Assembly: GCA_964600255.1 (NCBI GenBank)
Contig: CAZRIX010000001.1
Location: 43,948 to 107,947, forward strand
Direction: 5' to 3'
Length of the DNA: 64,000 nt
Source: an uncultured Candidatus Saccharibacteria bacterium
GTDB taxonomy: Bacteria > Patescibacteriota > Minisyncoccia > Phycocordibacterales > PALSA-1337
Shown here: positions 1 to 10,534 of the stretch, piece by piece
How positions within the stretch are numbered: position 1 is the stretch's first letter
Layout: every line of letters starts with the position of its first letter
The notes under the pieces: generated by a model
Told to the model about the DNA's origin: nothing
Database searches by the model: none
What the model saw: only the letters and a program-made list of their open reading frames with translations
Program-made: the position numbers and the translations under genes

Positions 1-38
1 TAATTAGTTGTGCCGTAATTCGAGCGGTAGTTAATAAA

Positions 39-980
39 ATGAGTAAGCTATTCCACAACATCATATTCAATATCCTAGGAGCTCTAATAGGGTTTGCCTT
101 TGGTGTTATAGCTTTACTATTTTTCCCCGCGCCACTTAGTAGCTATCCAGATTTTTTCTTTGTACTTTCAACTTCGATAATTGGAATAGTAACTAGCTTG
201 GCAATAATTTATTACACCAAGGACAAGCAAGCTATCGCAGAAGAGAAACTTAGAAATGAAGCAGTAGCATTGATTACTCATGAGATGAGAACTTCCCTCA
301 CAACGACTACATGGACTATTGATTACCTTCTACATAACTATTCAGATGTGATGAAAAGTGATGATAAGAAAATGCTAAATGACATAACAAAGTCTATCCA
401 CACTACCGTTATGCATACCGTAAATCTACTTGATGTGAGTTTGCTGGATGTTGGTAAGTTGGCTATATCACTAGAGTGGACAGATCTTGCGGATCTAGAA
501 GCAATGTTTAAAGAAATAGTCGATAAGTACAGCTTGGGAATGAAGAAGGACAATATCAAATTCGAAACGAGTATCAATCTCAACAAGAATATGAAAGTTG
601 AGGTTGATAAATTGAGATTGAGAATCATTATCGAGAATCTCATCGAGAATTCGATACAATACACCAAAGAATCTGGCAAAGAAATCACTCTAGATATATC
701 AAACGACGATCATAATCTAAAAATAAACATATCTGATAACGGCATAGGAATACCCGAAGATGAGAAGGCGTCCATATTTACTGAGTTCTATAGAGCAAGC
801 AATGCACGCGCAAAGCTAAGTAGTGGAAGTGGTATAGGTTTACATATGTGCGCACAATATGTAAAAGCTCATCACGGAACAATAGACTTTGAATCAGAAG
901 AAGGTGTGGGCACAAAGTTTTACGTAACTATCCCTCTCAAAACAACTGCGGATACTAGAGAATTTTTGAAGCAAATATAG
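39..980 (+). CDS. Sensor histidine kinase. N-terminal TM helices, then HisKA and HATPase_c domains.
   Basis: Two N-terminal hydrophobic helices. H-box ITHEMRTSL. ATP-binding motifs DNGIGIPED and GSGIGLHMC. No response regulator lies inside the window. Confidence 0.75.
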   Translation: MSKLFHNIIFNILGALIGFAFGVIALLFFPAPLSSYPDFFFVLSTSIIGIVTSLAIIYYTKDKQAIAEEKLRNEAVALITHEMRTSLTTTTWTIDYLLHNYSDVMKSDDKKMLNDITKSIHTTVMHTVNLLDVSLLDVGKLAISLEWTDLADLEAMFKEIVDKYSLGMKKDNIKFETSINLNKNMKVEVDKLRLRIIIENLIENSIQYTKESGKEITLDISNDDHNLKINISDNGIGIPEDEKASIFTEFYRASNARAKLSSGSGIGLHMCAQYVKAHHGTIDFESEEGVGTKFYVTIPLKTTADTREFLKQI

Positions 981-1048
981 TTTTTCCAGACTAACAAACA
1001 CACTTATCCCACATTACCTAATTGTCGAATTATTGATATAATAACGAC

Positions 1049-1792
1049 ATGAAAGATCTGATTGTATTTGATTTAGATAACACCCTCGTTCCAAGCAAAA
1101 CTATTATGGACGATGAGATGGTCGGACTATTCACCGAGTTAATCAATAAAAAGAAAGTTGCTGTAATGTCAGGTGGAAGTTTGGAACAATTTAAGAAAGA
1201 ATTTATCAATTCCCTGCCAAGCACGGCGAATCTCTCAAACCTACTACTTTTTCCAACTGACGGGGCTGCTTTCTATAAATGGTCAGACTCAATAAAAGAT
1301 TGGGAGAAAGTATATCAAGAGACTCTGACGGTGGAACAAAAATCTAAAATTATAAGTGCTTTTGATGAAGTACTAAGTAGTATAAATTTTGATAGAGAAA
1401 ACATTAAAGGAAAATTGATCGAGGACAAAGACTCGGCAATGACCTTTTCTGCACTTGGACAAGATGCAGAACTTAAAATCAAAGAAGTTTGGGATCCTGA
1501 ACAGAAGAAAAGAGAGGAAATAAAATCTCTACTAGATCCGATTCTGACTGATTTTGAAGTACGAATAGCTGGAACAACATCAATTGATATAACCAAGAAG
1601 GGTCAGGATAAATCTTTTGGGATGCAAAAAATGATAGAATATACAGGAATCAAGGTAGAAAATATTGTTTATATAGGTGATTCCCTATTTGATGGTGGTA
1701 ACGATAATCCAGTAAAAAGTACTGGTGTAACAACGATCTCAGTTAGAAATCCAGAAGGTACTAAGGTTTTTATTAGACAAATAATTCAATAA
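1049..1792 (+). CDS. HAD-IIB hydrolase, eukaryotic-type phosphomannomutase/phosphoglucomutase-like
   Basis: N-terminal FDLDNTL (DxDxT) motif. C-terminal YIGDSLFDGGNDNPV resembles the PMM GGNDxEIF region. Spacing (SGGSLEQFKKE) matches eukaryotic PMM. ~247 aa. Confidence 0.55.
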   Translation: MKDLIVFDLDNTLVPSKTIMDDEMVGLFTELINKKKVAVMSGGSLEQFKKEFINSLPSTANLSNLLLFPTDGAAFYKWSDSIKDWEKVYQETLTVEQKSKIISAFDEVLSSINFDRENIKGKLIEDKDSAMTFSALGQDAELKIKEVWDPEQKKREEIKSLLDPILTDFEVRIAGTTSIDITKKGQDKSFGMQKMIEYTGIKVENIVYIGDSLFDGGNDNPVKSTGVTTISVRNPEGTKVFIRQIIQ

Positions 1793-1795
1793 TAT

Positions 1796-2344
1796 ATGAT
1801 CAAACCATTCGCTGAACGAGGTCACGAGAAAATGAAAGAGGTGTTAATGAATCCGGAAGCTTCTGGTCCAGCTATACACTACTACATGATCCGTGGTGGA
1901 AGTGACAAGAGAAACATAACTGTATGGGAACCTGGCACTATTGGTGGTGAGTACATCAAAGCTTATGGACATTATCATATTGGTGATCTTGAGGAAGACT
2001 ATACTATTTTAGAAGGTGAAGGAATGATACTACTACAAAGCCCTATCGTAGATGGTAGTGTATCTAGTTTCAAGGCTATCCGCGTTAAAGCTGGTGACAC
2101 AATCCATATTCCAAAGAATACAGGACACCTAGCACTAAATACAGGCAAAACATGGCTTGTGACATCAGACAACAGTCCAGTAAATTTTGAAGAGAAGGAT
2201 CCTGTGAGTTTGCCTGGCCACGCGGATTATGAAGTCGTAAAGAGTATAGGAGGATTTGCATATTTTGTCATAGAGCAAGATGGCAAGCCGGCATTTATAA
2301 AAAATCCGAAGTATAACAAGGTCCCTCCAGTAGAATTAGTGTGA
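1796..2344 (+). CDS. Cupin-type (archaeal-type) glucose-6-phosphate isomerase
   Basis: 182-aa cupin with GHYHIGDLEEDY, giving metal ligands H-x-H plus E. A second His motif lies in IHIPKNTGH. This is the pattern of Pyrococcus/Thermococcus cPGI. Confidence 0.6.
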   Translation: MIKPFAERGHEKMKEVLMNPEASGPAIHYYMIRGGSDKRNITVWEPGTIGGEYIKAYGHYHIGDLEEDYTILEGEGMILLQSPIVDGSVSSFKAIRVKAGDTIHIPKNTGHLALNTGKTWLVTSDNSPVNFEEKDPVSLPGHADYEVVKSIGGFAYFVIEQDGKPAFIKNPKYNKVPPVELV

Positions 2345-2357
2345 TATAATTTAAAAA

Positions 2358-3884
2358 ATGACTGCCAATATTCAACTGATGCGTTTTATTAAAAGACAGA
2401 AAGGATTAAAAATCCTCTTTGTGGCAACAGAAGCAGCTCCTTTTGTAAAAGTTGGAGGTCTAGGTGAAGTATTATTTGCTTTACCAAAAGCTCTAAGAGA
2501 ACTTGGTCATGATGCCCGCGTACTCATACCCAAATATTCTAGTATCCCAGCAGACAAATTCTCATTCAAACCACTCATTGATGGGATCAACATTGAAGGC
2601 AATGTAACAGGTAGACCTATCGTATGCAACGTAAGAGTGCTGGATCAAAAACAAGATGAGCCTATACATAACTATTTCCTAGAAAATCAAGAGTATTTTG
2701 AACAGAGAGGAAGTGTATACGGATACGATGATGATGCTGCTAGATGGGCTGTTATGTGCCGCGGGGCTTTAGAATTCGTCCGCACAGAACAAAATGACTG
2801 GAAGCCAGACTTGATAGTAGCTTCAGATTGGCAAGGTGGACTTATACCCAACTTGATGAAAACTGAGTACAGAGATGATCCTGTAATTTCCAAAATCGCA
2901 GTAGTATTTTCAATACACAATTTACACTACCAGGGAATGTTCGATCATCACCACATTAACGAACTAGACTATGATGATGGTCAGTCTCCTGTTCCTCATG
3001 TCGGTGACCCTAGACTCTTCAAAGCTAACTTTATGCGAAGAGGTATACGTTATGCTGATATAGTAAATACAGTTTCTCCAAACTATGCTCGCGAGATAAC
3101 TACACCGGAGTACGGCGAACTGCTCAACAATATTCTACAGGAACGTCGAGCGAGAGTATTTGGTATTCTAAATGGTATCGATTATACAACCAACGATCCT
3201 ATGTCGAATCCACACGTAGAGTTCAAGTATGATTCAAAATCATTGAAAGAAAGAGAGAAAAATAAACTTTTCCTACAGAGAAAATTCAATCTTGAAGAGA
3301 ATGTAGATATACCAATTTTCGCTATTGTTTCAAGACTTAGTGGACAAAAGGGTCTAGATTTATTGGCCGACACAATAGAACCACTACTGAATAACTACAA
3401 GATGCAACTTATAGTTCTTGGAACTGGAGAATCTAGATACCTTTCATTGTTTGACGATTTGGACAAGAGATATCCGCAGGTTGGAACACATCTTTCATTC
3501 GACCGAGCACTTCCCCACACTATTTATGCAGGCGCAGATGTGATAATGGTACCATCAAAGTTTGAGCCGTCAGGACTAACACAAATGGAAGCTATGAGAT
3601 ACGGTGCATTACCACTCGTTCGCAAAACTGGTGGACTAGCAGACAGTGTTGAAGCGTATTGCCCTATCAACAAAACAGGAACAGGATTCGTATTTGATAA
3701 CTATGACAAGTTTGCATTCTTTGGTGCCGTCGTTCAGGCAATAGAGACTTTCAAACATAAGGACGATTGGTTGGCTATCCAGAAACGCGCTATGGCATCC
3801 AATTTCTCATGGGAGAAGTCAGCAAAGGAATATGTGAATCTATTTAAAAAAGCAATTAATTTTAATAACGAGTATAAAGAATAA
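2358..3884 (+). CDS. glgA: Glycogen/starch synthase (GT5)
   Basis: N-terminal KVGGLGEV motif (KTGGL family). 508 aa. GT-B C-terminal half. Confidence 0.8.
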   Translation: MTANIQLMRFIKRQKGLKILFVATEAAPFVKVGGLGEVLFALPKALRELGHDARVLIPKYSSIPADKFSFKPLIDGINIEGNVTGRPIVCNVRVLDQKQDEPIHNYFLENQEYFEQRGSVYGYDDDAARWAVMCRGALEFVRTEQNDWKPDLIVASDWQGGLIPNLMKTEYRDDPVISKIAVVFSIHNLHYQGMFDHHHINELDYDDGQSPVPHVGDPRLFKANFMRRGIRYADIVNTVSPNYAREITTPEYGELLNNILQERRARVFGILNGIDYTTNDPMSNPHVEFKYDSKSLKEREKNKLFLQRKFNLEENVDIPIFAIVSRLSGQKGLDLLADTIEPLLNNYKMQLIVLGTGESRYLSLFDDLDKRYPQVGTHLSFDRALPHTIYAGADVIMVPSKFEPSGLTQMEAMRYGALPLVRKTGGLADSVEAYCPINKTGTGFVFDNYDKFAFFGAVVQAIETFKHKDDWLAIQKRAMASNFSWEKSAKEYVNLFKKAINFNNEYKE

Positions 3885-3888
3885 ATAA

Positions 3889-5382
3889 ATGTACTGGGCA
3901 AACTTTCTTCACATATATCAGCCAGCAAACCAGAGGAAGGATGTAATAGAAGCTGTTATTGCACAGTGTTACCGTCCACTACTTAAACATATACAAAAAT
4001 CCAAGCATGTAAGACTGACTTTGAATATAAATGCATCACTAGTTGAGCAATTCTACGAACATGGTCATCATGATCTCATCGAAATTCTAAAGGAAGTTGG
4101 ACTCGAAGGTAGAGTCGAGTTTACAAGTTCTGCAAAGTACCACGCATTTCTACCCCTGCTATCTGAAGATGAGATAGTACGTCAGATAAGGATGAATGAT
4201 GAGACAAACAAAAAGTATCTAGGTGACGCCTACAAGCCTGTAGGTTTCTTTTCACCTGAAATGGGATACTCTGAGAAACTACCGGCAATAATAGAAGCCT
4301 TGGGATACAAATGGATGATACTGGATGAAATCTCTGCATTCGGAGAGACTGAAAAGGTTGATCATGCAAAGATCTATAAAATAAAGAATACAAATGTTAA
4401 TGCTTTTTTCAGAGAAAGAAGAATAAGTAACTTAATAATGAGTGCCGTAGTTCGTTCTAGAGAGACACTTATAGAGGCAATGAAAGATGATTTGAAAACA
4501 AATAGGTACTTGATAACAGCGATGGATGGAGAGACATTCGGTCATCACAGGCCTGGCTTGGAGAAAATGCTATTTAAAGTATTTGATACACCAGAGTTCA
4601 ACTTGGTTACAATTTCAGATCTACAAAAACACTATCACGATATTGTAGAAATAGTTCCTGTAAAATCAACATGGGCAAGCAGTAAGCAAGATATTGATAG
4701 AGGTGTTCAGTTTCTATCATGGCATGACCCCTCAAACATCATCCATAGCTGGCAGTGGCAACTTATAAATCTAGTGGGGGCTCAGGTTAAAAAAGTTGAT
4801 ACGAAGGACCCAAAATACGAAGAAATCAGAAAGAAAATGGATCGTGCGCTAGCAAGCGATCATCTATGGTGGGCATCAGCGAAGCCTTGGTGGAGTGTTG
4901 AAATGATAGAGGATGGAGCGTTCAGATTGATAGAGACAATACGACTCATTCCAGGAGTAAGCGATACCGACCTAAGTGCTGCAAGTAAGCTATATGAGAA
5001 TATAGTATCGACCGCTTTTGATTGGCAGCGTTCAGGAAAAATATACCAGATGATGCAAGAACAGAATTCAATACTCAGAATTCCCTTCTTAGAAAGGACA
5101 GTTGGTAAAGGTGGTGCTGAGGTTGGTGTATATCATGCAATTATAAGTCTTATGAAAGGTCTCGAGGAGAAAGCAATAGAAAAGCGTGAATACGAGCAAG
5201 CAATACTTTGGAGAGATGCGATGTACAAACTAGAAAACAAGCTCGATATATACGATACAGTAAACGCAATTGACCTAATGAGAACCCATATTCCGAATGA
5301 TGAAGTTGAGAAGGTTATCGAAATGTACAAGGAAAAGTATAGAGAAATACGAGGTGGTCAAGTTGAACAAAGGGGATCATAA
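3889..5382 (+). CDS. GH57-family glycoside hydrolase (alpha-glucan branching enzyme or amylase type)
   Basis: N-terminal HIYQP motif. Downstream DGETFGHH catalytic region is typical of GH57. Confidence 0.7.
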   Translation: MYWANFLHIYQPANQRKDVIEAVIAQCYRPLLKHIQKSKHVRLTLNINASLVEQFYEHGHHDLIEILKEVGLEGRVEFTSSAKYHAFLPLLSEDEIVRQIRMNDETNKKYLGDAYKPVGFFSPEMGYSEKLPAIIEALGYKWMILDEISAFGETEKVDHAKIYKIKNTNVNAFFRERRISNLIMSAVVRSRETLIEAMKDDLKTNRYLITAMDGETFGHHRPGLEKMLFKVFDTPEFNLVTISDLQKHYHDIVEIVPVKSTWASSKQDIDRGVQFLSWHDPSNIIHSWQWQLINLVGAQVKKVDTKDPKYEEIRKKMDRALASDHLWWASAKPWWSVEMIEDGAFRLIETIRLIPGVSDTDLSAASKLYENIVSTAFDWQRSGKIYQMMQEQNSILRIPFLERTVGKGGAEVGVYHAIISLMKGLEEKAIEKREYEQAILWRDAMYKLENKLDIYDTVNAIDLMRTHIPNDEVEKVIEMYKEKYREIRGGQVEQRGS

Positions 5383-5421
5383 TACAATTATTTAATTTTA
5401 AATAAATTCACTCACAAGCAA

Positions 5422-7038
5422 ATGTGGTTAGACAAATTCAAGAAACCAGAAAACTATAAAGGATTTAGAAAGGAACCAGTAGCGTATTTTTGTGCTGAGT
5501 ATGCCCTCTTTGACCATACACCACTTTATGCAGGTGGACTTGGTATTCTAGCTGGAGACTATGTAAAAGAAATGGTAAAAGAAAACATGCCTGCCGTAGC
5601 GGTAGGCCTTTATTACCACAAAGAACATGAACACGGGCTTGATTTGAATAGAGAAAAAAAGACACCTACAGATCTGGGATTGAACTTAGTGAAAGATTCA
5701 AATGGGAATGTAGTCAAAATACCCATCCTACTCGGTGAAAGAACCGTCTATGTTCAAGTATGGAGCTGGAAAAAGAGTGAGTTGAACCTATACCTTCTGG
5801 ATACTCAAGTCGCTGAAAATAGTCCTATTGATTGGGATATTTGTGACTATCTATACGTGGAAGATAGAAATATCAGACTTAGACAAGAAATTATTCTAGG
5901 TATAGCCGGAGTTAGACTGCTTAAAGTTTTGGATATCAGACCATCAGTTTTTCATATGAATGAAGGTCATTCAGCTTTTCTAGCGTTTGAATTGATACGA
6001 CATGAGATGAAGAGTAGGAATATTGATTTCAAGACTGCGGTAAACTTTGCAAAACAGCGCATTGTTTTTACAAACCATACACTAGTTCCTGCTGGTCACG
6101 AATTGTTCAATATTGACACCATAAAAGATGTGGCGGCTGGATTTGCCAAAGATCTTGGGATTGATATAAACGAACTAGTTCAACTAGGATTCAATAGTGA
6201 GACAAATATGTTCTCTATGACGGAATTGGCTTTGACACTATCTACTAAGGTAAATGCAGTGAGTAAATTACATGCAGTTAAAGCGAAAGAAGTTTGGAAA
6301 TCTCATGAAGTGGAAGTAGTTACTAATGGTATATACGTAGATGATTGGGATCAATTGAAACACTATAGCCACAAGGAACTGAAGAGAAAACTGATAGATC
6401 ATGTTAATACAAATTGCGGAGTAAACTTCAGTGAAGATATATTAACACTTGGTTGGGCTAGGAGATTCGTCGATTACAAGAGACCTTTAGCGATTCTAGG
6501 AGACGTTGAGAGACTAAAGAAACTAGGGAAAGTTCAGATTGTATTTTCTAGTGCAATAAATTCTACATATTCCGAGGAGAATGAATACTATAAAGAACTT
6601 TTAAAGCTAAGCGAAAACGAACTTAAAGGTATGGTAGCTATTATTCCAGACTACGACATACATGTTGCAAAACTGATGACTTCTGGTTGTGACGTATGGC
6701 TCAATACTCCAATAGTTGGCCGCGAAGCTTGTGGTACAAGTGGAATGAAGGCCTGCCTAAATGGTGTACTACCCCTATCAACAAGTGATGGATGGGTTGA
6801 TGAAGTTGATCTAACTGATATTGGTTGGAAGGTAGAGGATGGAGAGATAACAAAAAACCTACTAGATGCATTAGAAAAAGAGGTTATACCTGAGTACTAT
6901 AACAATCAGGAAAGTTGGACAAGGAGAATGCGTAAGTCTAGAGAATTAATCGTGCGTGGCTTTGGAATGAATAGAGCCCTAAAGGAATATATCAACAATA
7001 TATACTTGCCAATATACAATACTAGGAAAAATAACTAG
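5422..7038 (+). CDS. glgP: Alpha-glucan (glycogen/maltodextrin) phosphorylase, GT35
   Basis: FCAEYALFDHTPLYAGGLGILAGD N-terminal signature. EACGTSGMKA pyridoxal-phosphate lysine motif. Confidence 0.8.
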   Translation: MWLDKFKKPENYKGFRKEPVAYFCAEYALFDHTPLYAGGLGILAGDYVKEMVKENMPAVAVGLYYHKEHEHGLDLNREKKTPTDLGLNLVKDSNGNVVKIPILLGERTVYVQVWSWKKSELNLYLLDTQVAENSPIDWDICDYLYVEDRNIRLRQEIILGIAGVRLLKVLDIRPSVFHMNEGHSAFLAFELIRHEMKSRNIDFKTAVNFAKQRIVFTNHTLVPAGHELFNIDTIKDVAAGFAKDLGIDINELVQLGFNSETNMFSMTELALTLSTKVNAVSKLHAVKAKEVWKSHEVEVVTNGIYVDDWDQLKHYSHKELKRKLIDHVNTNCGVNFSEDILTLGWARRFVDYKRPLAILGDVERLKKLGKVQIVFSSAINSTYSEENEYYKELLKLSENELKGMVAIIPDYDIHVAKLMTSGCDVWLNTPIVGREACGTSGMKACLNGVLPLSTSDGWVDEVDLTDIGWKVEDGEITKNLLDALEKEVIPEYYNNQESWTRRMRKSRELIVRGFGMNRALKEYINNIYLPIYNTRKNN

Positions 7039-8012
7039 CGTGAGTCGCCGACTTTGTCGATAAACTGACCTAATAGCTTTTCAGTATTAATCTCCCTCTC
7101 ACCAAAATCAGAACGTAGTATTATTACCGCTATTGGATAGCGTTTGTTACCGATCTTTTTGTCGAAAAGTGTAACCATAGCTTCTTTTGCCTCATTTGTT
7201 CTACCAGTCTTCCCTCCTATAAATTCAGGATATGTTACAAACGGATTGATATTTATCAGACTATTTGATCCATGAGTGGTCGTTGTTGCAATATCAATTT
7301 GCTGAACCCTAGAAATCCTGAGTATATCCGGCTCTGAGCGATATAAGTATTTTGCTAATATAAACAAATCATTTGCATTCGAGATATTTCCAGAACTTAA
7401 TCCTGATGGATCCTTGAATGACGTATTACTCATACCAATTTCCTGAGCGAAAGCATTCATACTTTCGATAAATTTATCGTAACCATATGAGTAAGCAAAG
7501 GCTTCTGCCGCATCATTACTCGAAACTAGAAGCAGACTGTGCAGTAGTTCACCTATATTGTATCTCTCATCAAGTTTAAGTCCCCCAGAATCACCGTAGG
7601 CATCTAGCATTGGTTGGGTTATAGCGATACTAATATTTGGATCGAGAATGTGCTTTACCACAAGAGATGTATACAATTTACTAACTGATGCTATTGGAAA
7701 GACTTTACTTGGATTGTACTGTAGGTATCTCTCACCGGTTTCTAGATTGGCCACAAGGTATGACTCTGCCGTTATATATGGTTTTATTACAATTTTTGCC
7801 GGCTCTTTGATTTCTGTCTTTTTAGCAGTAATAGGCTGCTCATGATCATCTAAAAGAATGCTTGAGTCCAGCCTATTATTTAAAGTGCCGACTGGTCTAT
7901 CCAGCTGCACGGCTCGGTTTAGTTCAGGTAATCGAGAATTGATATCCTTGACCGAAGCGACAATCAATACCAAAACTATACAGAAAATTAAAAGGTATTT
8001 ATTGCTATTCAT
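7035..8012 (-). CDS. D-alanyl-D-alanine carboxypeptidase (S11, PBP5/6-like)
   Basis: Signal anchor. SVSKL (SxxK) motif, SSND (SxN) motif and KTG motif. Confidence 0.7.
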   Translation of the reverse strand: MNSNKYLLIFCIVLVLIVASVKDINSRLPELNRAVQLDRPVGTLNNRLDSSILLDDHEQPITAKKTEIKEPAKIVIKPYITAESYLVANLETGERYLQYNPSKVFPIASVSKLYTSLVVKHILDPNISIAITQPMLDAYGDSGGLKLDERYNIGELLHSLLLVSSNDAAEAFAYSYGYDKFIESMNAFAQEIGMSNTSFKDPSGLSSGNISNANDLFILAKYLYRSEPDILRISRVQQIDIATTTTHGSNSLININPFVTYPEFIGGKTGRTNEAKEAMVTLFDKKIGNKRYPIAVIILRSDFGEREINTEKLLGQFIDKVGDSR

Positions 8013-8052
8013 TTAATACATTATACATCATATTTGCATATGAAGTCTGCCC

Positions 8053-8634
8053 CTACCTTGTAGCTTCGATGTTGGGAGTTATTTCACCCGTAGCACTAAC
8101 TACGATACGTCCGTTGGTATCCTTTGATATCAAATACTTTGTATCATAATCAGTAACTGATGTGAATTTGGCTCCAGTAGCTGTTGGATCAAAAGGTAGG
8201 CTCGATATGTATGTTGGAATCAAACATGAAGCGATATCAACACCCTGAGTCGTATCACTACTTATTACCTTTGGTGTACTTGGTATAACAACGGGACAGT
8301 TGAACACTCCGCGATTCTCGGCCATGTTCTGTCCAACGGCATTTAGGATTGCTGTCACATTACTAACCCTTTGTGAATCGTGTGCTAGCTTGAATTGACG
8401 TGATGGATTGATCGCTACTAGAACTATTGCAGATAGTACGGCAATGATACCTATTACCACCAATATTTCGATCAGAGTAAAACCGGAATTAGTTCTGAGA
8501 CTGCCTGACTTACGCGTCACAACAGGATCTCCAGCCCCAACCTTACTCCTTGCATTACTCACACCACCCCTCATTATTTTAATTTTATTATTCATTGTTT
8601 CTTGTATTATTAATAATATGTAAATCTTACACAA
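8053..8634 (-). CDS. Type IV pilin (prepilin with G/FTLIE processing site)
   Basis: GFTLIEILVVIGIIAVL class III signal with Glu at +5. The leader is long, so the true start may be an internal Met. Confidence 0.7.
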   Translation of the reverse strand: MCKIYILLIIQETMNNKIKIMRGGVSNARSKVGAGDPVVTRKSGSLRTNSGFTLIEILVVIGIIAVLSAIVLVAINPSRQFKLAHDSQRVSNVTAILNAVGQNMAENRGVFNCPVVIPSTPKVISSDTTQGVDIASCLIPTYISSLPFDPTATGAKFTSVTDYDTKYLISKDTNGRIVVSATGEITPNIEATR

Positions 8635-8687
8635 AACTAATTAAGGATCTTTAAATTAAAGATTAAAAAGTTATGAATTTTTTATAA

Positions 8688-9056
8688 CTAATTTACTATT
8701 TCCAAATAGCTATCAAAAAGCCTGACTTGTGAAGTCATCTTTACGTCTATATTCATATAATTCCCAGTCACATCAATAGTTACCACGCCATTTTTCTCAT
8801 CAACGCGATCAATACTACAATCAAAGTCAACCATCTGAGTTGATGTCGATACTCTATAGTAGAAATCATATGACAAGTTCAATATCGCTTGATCTATACA
8901 CGAAAGAGCATTGTAGTGATTCATGAGCCTATATTCCTTTGTCCTAGTTTGATCAAAGAAATGAGCTATTGCTATTGTTTTACTAAAAGACAAAGCCAGA
9001 AGTAGACCAGTTACAGTAATTACCAGTGTTATAGATATGAATCCTTTATTATTCAT
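8688..9056 (-). CDS. Small membrane-anchored protein. Possible degenerate pseudopilin.
   Basis: N-terminal KGFISITLVITVTGLLLALSF hydrophobic segment with no Glu at +5. Sits between prepilin genes in the same strand run. Confidence 0.35.
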   Translation of the reverse strand: MNNKGFISITLVITVTGLLLALSFSKTIAIAHFFDQTRTKEYRLMNHYNALSCIDQAILNLSYDFYYRVSTSTQMVDFDCSIDRVDEKNGVVTIDVTGNYMNIDVKMTSQVRLFDSYLEIVN

Positions 9057-9216
9057 GATAGTTTTTTATTAATTTTTCATAGTCAGCATCTGTAAAGTCT
9101 GAATGATTGGTTCCTGACCTAACATAGCTGAGAACAAGTGAAAACACTCCAGTCATGAGCACTGACACCAGAGAGATATAGACTATGAGTTCAAGTATAG
9201 AAAAGCCTTTTTTCAT
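9053..9216 (-). CDS. Small prepilin-like protein (~54 aa), absent from the ORF track
   Basis: Reverse-complement reading gives MKKGFSILELIVYISLVSVLMTGVFSLVLSYVRSG... with a G/FSILE class III signal. Its stop overlaps the start of the next gene. Confidence 0.5.
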
Positions 9217-9217
9217 A

Positions 9218-10534
9218 TTATTTTAAATCGATCATTAAGAAACCTTTCATATCTCCAGTAGCAAAATATAATCTTGAATTGTCACACGTCATTTTTACAA
9301 CCGATCCAACTAGCGGATAGCTTTGTTTCAGATTTAATAGACTAGGATCATACACTTGTAGTTCCTTACCAGTTGCATGAGTTAATAAAAGCAAATCACT
9401 TGGAGTCTGTATAATCCCATACACACCACCAGGAATATCTTTTGAGATAGTCGAGGTACCGAATACAAATACTTCGTGGTTACTTGTAACGTTAAAGCCA
9501 CCGACCGTTCTACCCAACATCAATCTATCCTCAAACATATTGATTGTTTTACCCTCCTGAGTCTGCCATCCGCTCGATGTAAATGAGTCTATTAGTCTAG
9601 GCTGTGATTTATCTTTTACATCAAGTACTCTCATCTGCATTTCGTCTGATGTAGCCAAATAGACCTTATCACCGGTGGCGTATATATCATTTACCAAGGT
9701 ACCAGTCTCATAGCTTCCAACCACAAATGGAAACTTTTTATCCGAGACATTTATAATATTTAACTCTGGACCATTCCATTTTGTCGTACCGAGATATATA
9801 TGGTTTCTATAATAGAAAATTGACGTAGCGATAGGTGGCGTGGTGGTTGGTGTTGGTAAAGGTAATCTCAACTGAGATATAAGTTTTGGATTGGTACGGT
9901 CGCTAATATCAACTATCTGCAACTGATTGGCTGTACTCGCCTGCGCAACAAACATATACGGTCCAGCAACTTCAAGTGACTTTATACCTGGACCAGTATG
10001 CAGTGACGACAGTATTCTTGGTATGTCCGCATCTGAATTATCAACTATATACAAATCCGGCAGGGATACATTACTTGAATCAGTTGATAGATATACGACA
10101 TCGTTTCTTGCCTCTATGTCTGAACTATAGTTACCCACTCCCGTATTTATACCAGTTGTGTATTCCCTTAACTGGCTGGGGTCGAAACTGAGTCTGGGAT
10201 AGCAAGCACCTCTTCCCCATGCATCAGTGTAGTTTGAGTGTGCAAGAGTAAAGATCTCATTAGAATATCTCATAGTACTATTACCATACATTGTTGAACT
10301 GGCGTATATACCGCGATCAAAGTCACGGACTAATAACTCCATTCGGTCTAACTCATTTAATGACCAAATCTTTAACCTTTGCATAGATAGATCAAGACTA
10401 AATATTGATATGGTAAAAATGGTAAAGATTGAAAATGCCAACATTACTTCAACAATCATAAACCCGCGATTTCTTATCTTCATTTTACTTCCACTTACTT
10501 TCACATTATTTTGATAGATGGTTTGAGATCTCAT
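9218..10534 (-). CDS. Large prepilin-like protein (minor pilin or tip adhesin candidate). N-terminal class III signal, repeat-rich extracellular domain.
   Basis: MKIRNRGFMIVEVMLAFSIF prepilin signal. The start is more likely the internal Met at ~10483. ~420-aa beta-rich body. Confidence 0.55.
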   Translation of the reverse strand: MRSQTIYQNNVKVSGSKMKIRNRGFMIVEVMLAFSIFTIFTISIFSLDLSMQRLKIWSLNELDRMELLVRDFDRGIYASSTMYGNSTMRYSNEIFTLAHSNYTDAWGRGACYPRLSFDPSQLREYTTGINTGVGNYSSDIEARNDVVYLSTDSSNVSLPDLYIVDNSDADIPRILSSLHTGPGIKSLEVAGPYMFVAQASTANQLQIVDISDRTNPKLISQLRLPLPTPTTTPPIATSIFYYRNHIYLGTTKWNGPELNIINVSDKKFPFVVGSYETGTLVNDIYATGDKVYLATSDEMQMRVLDVKDKSQPRLIDSFTSSGWQTQEGKTINMFEDRLMLGRTVGGFNVTSNHEVFVFGTSTISKDIPGGVYGIIQTPSDLLLLTHATGKELQVYDPSLLNLKQSYPLVGSVVKMTCDNSRLYFATGDMKGFLMIDLK

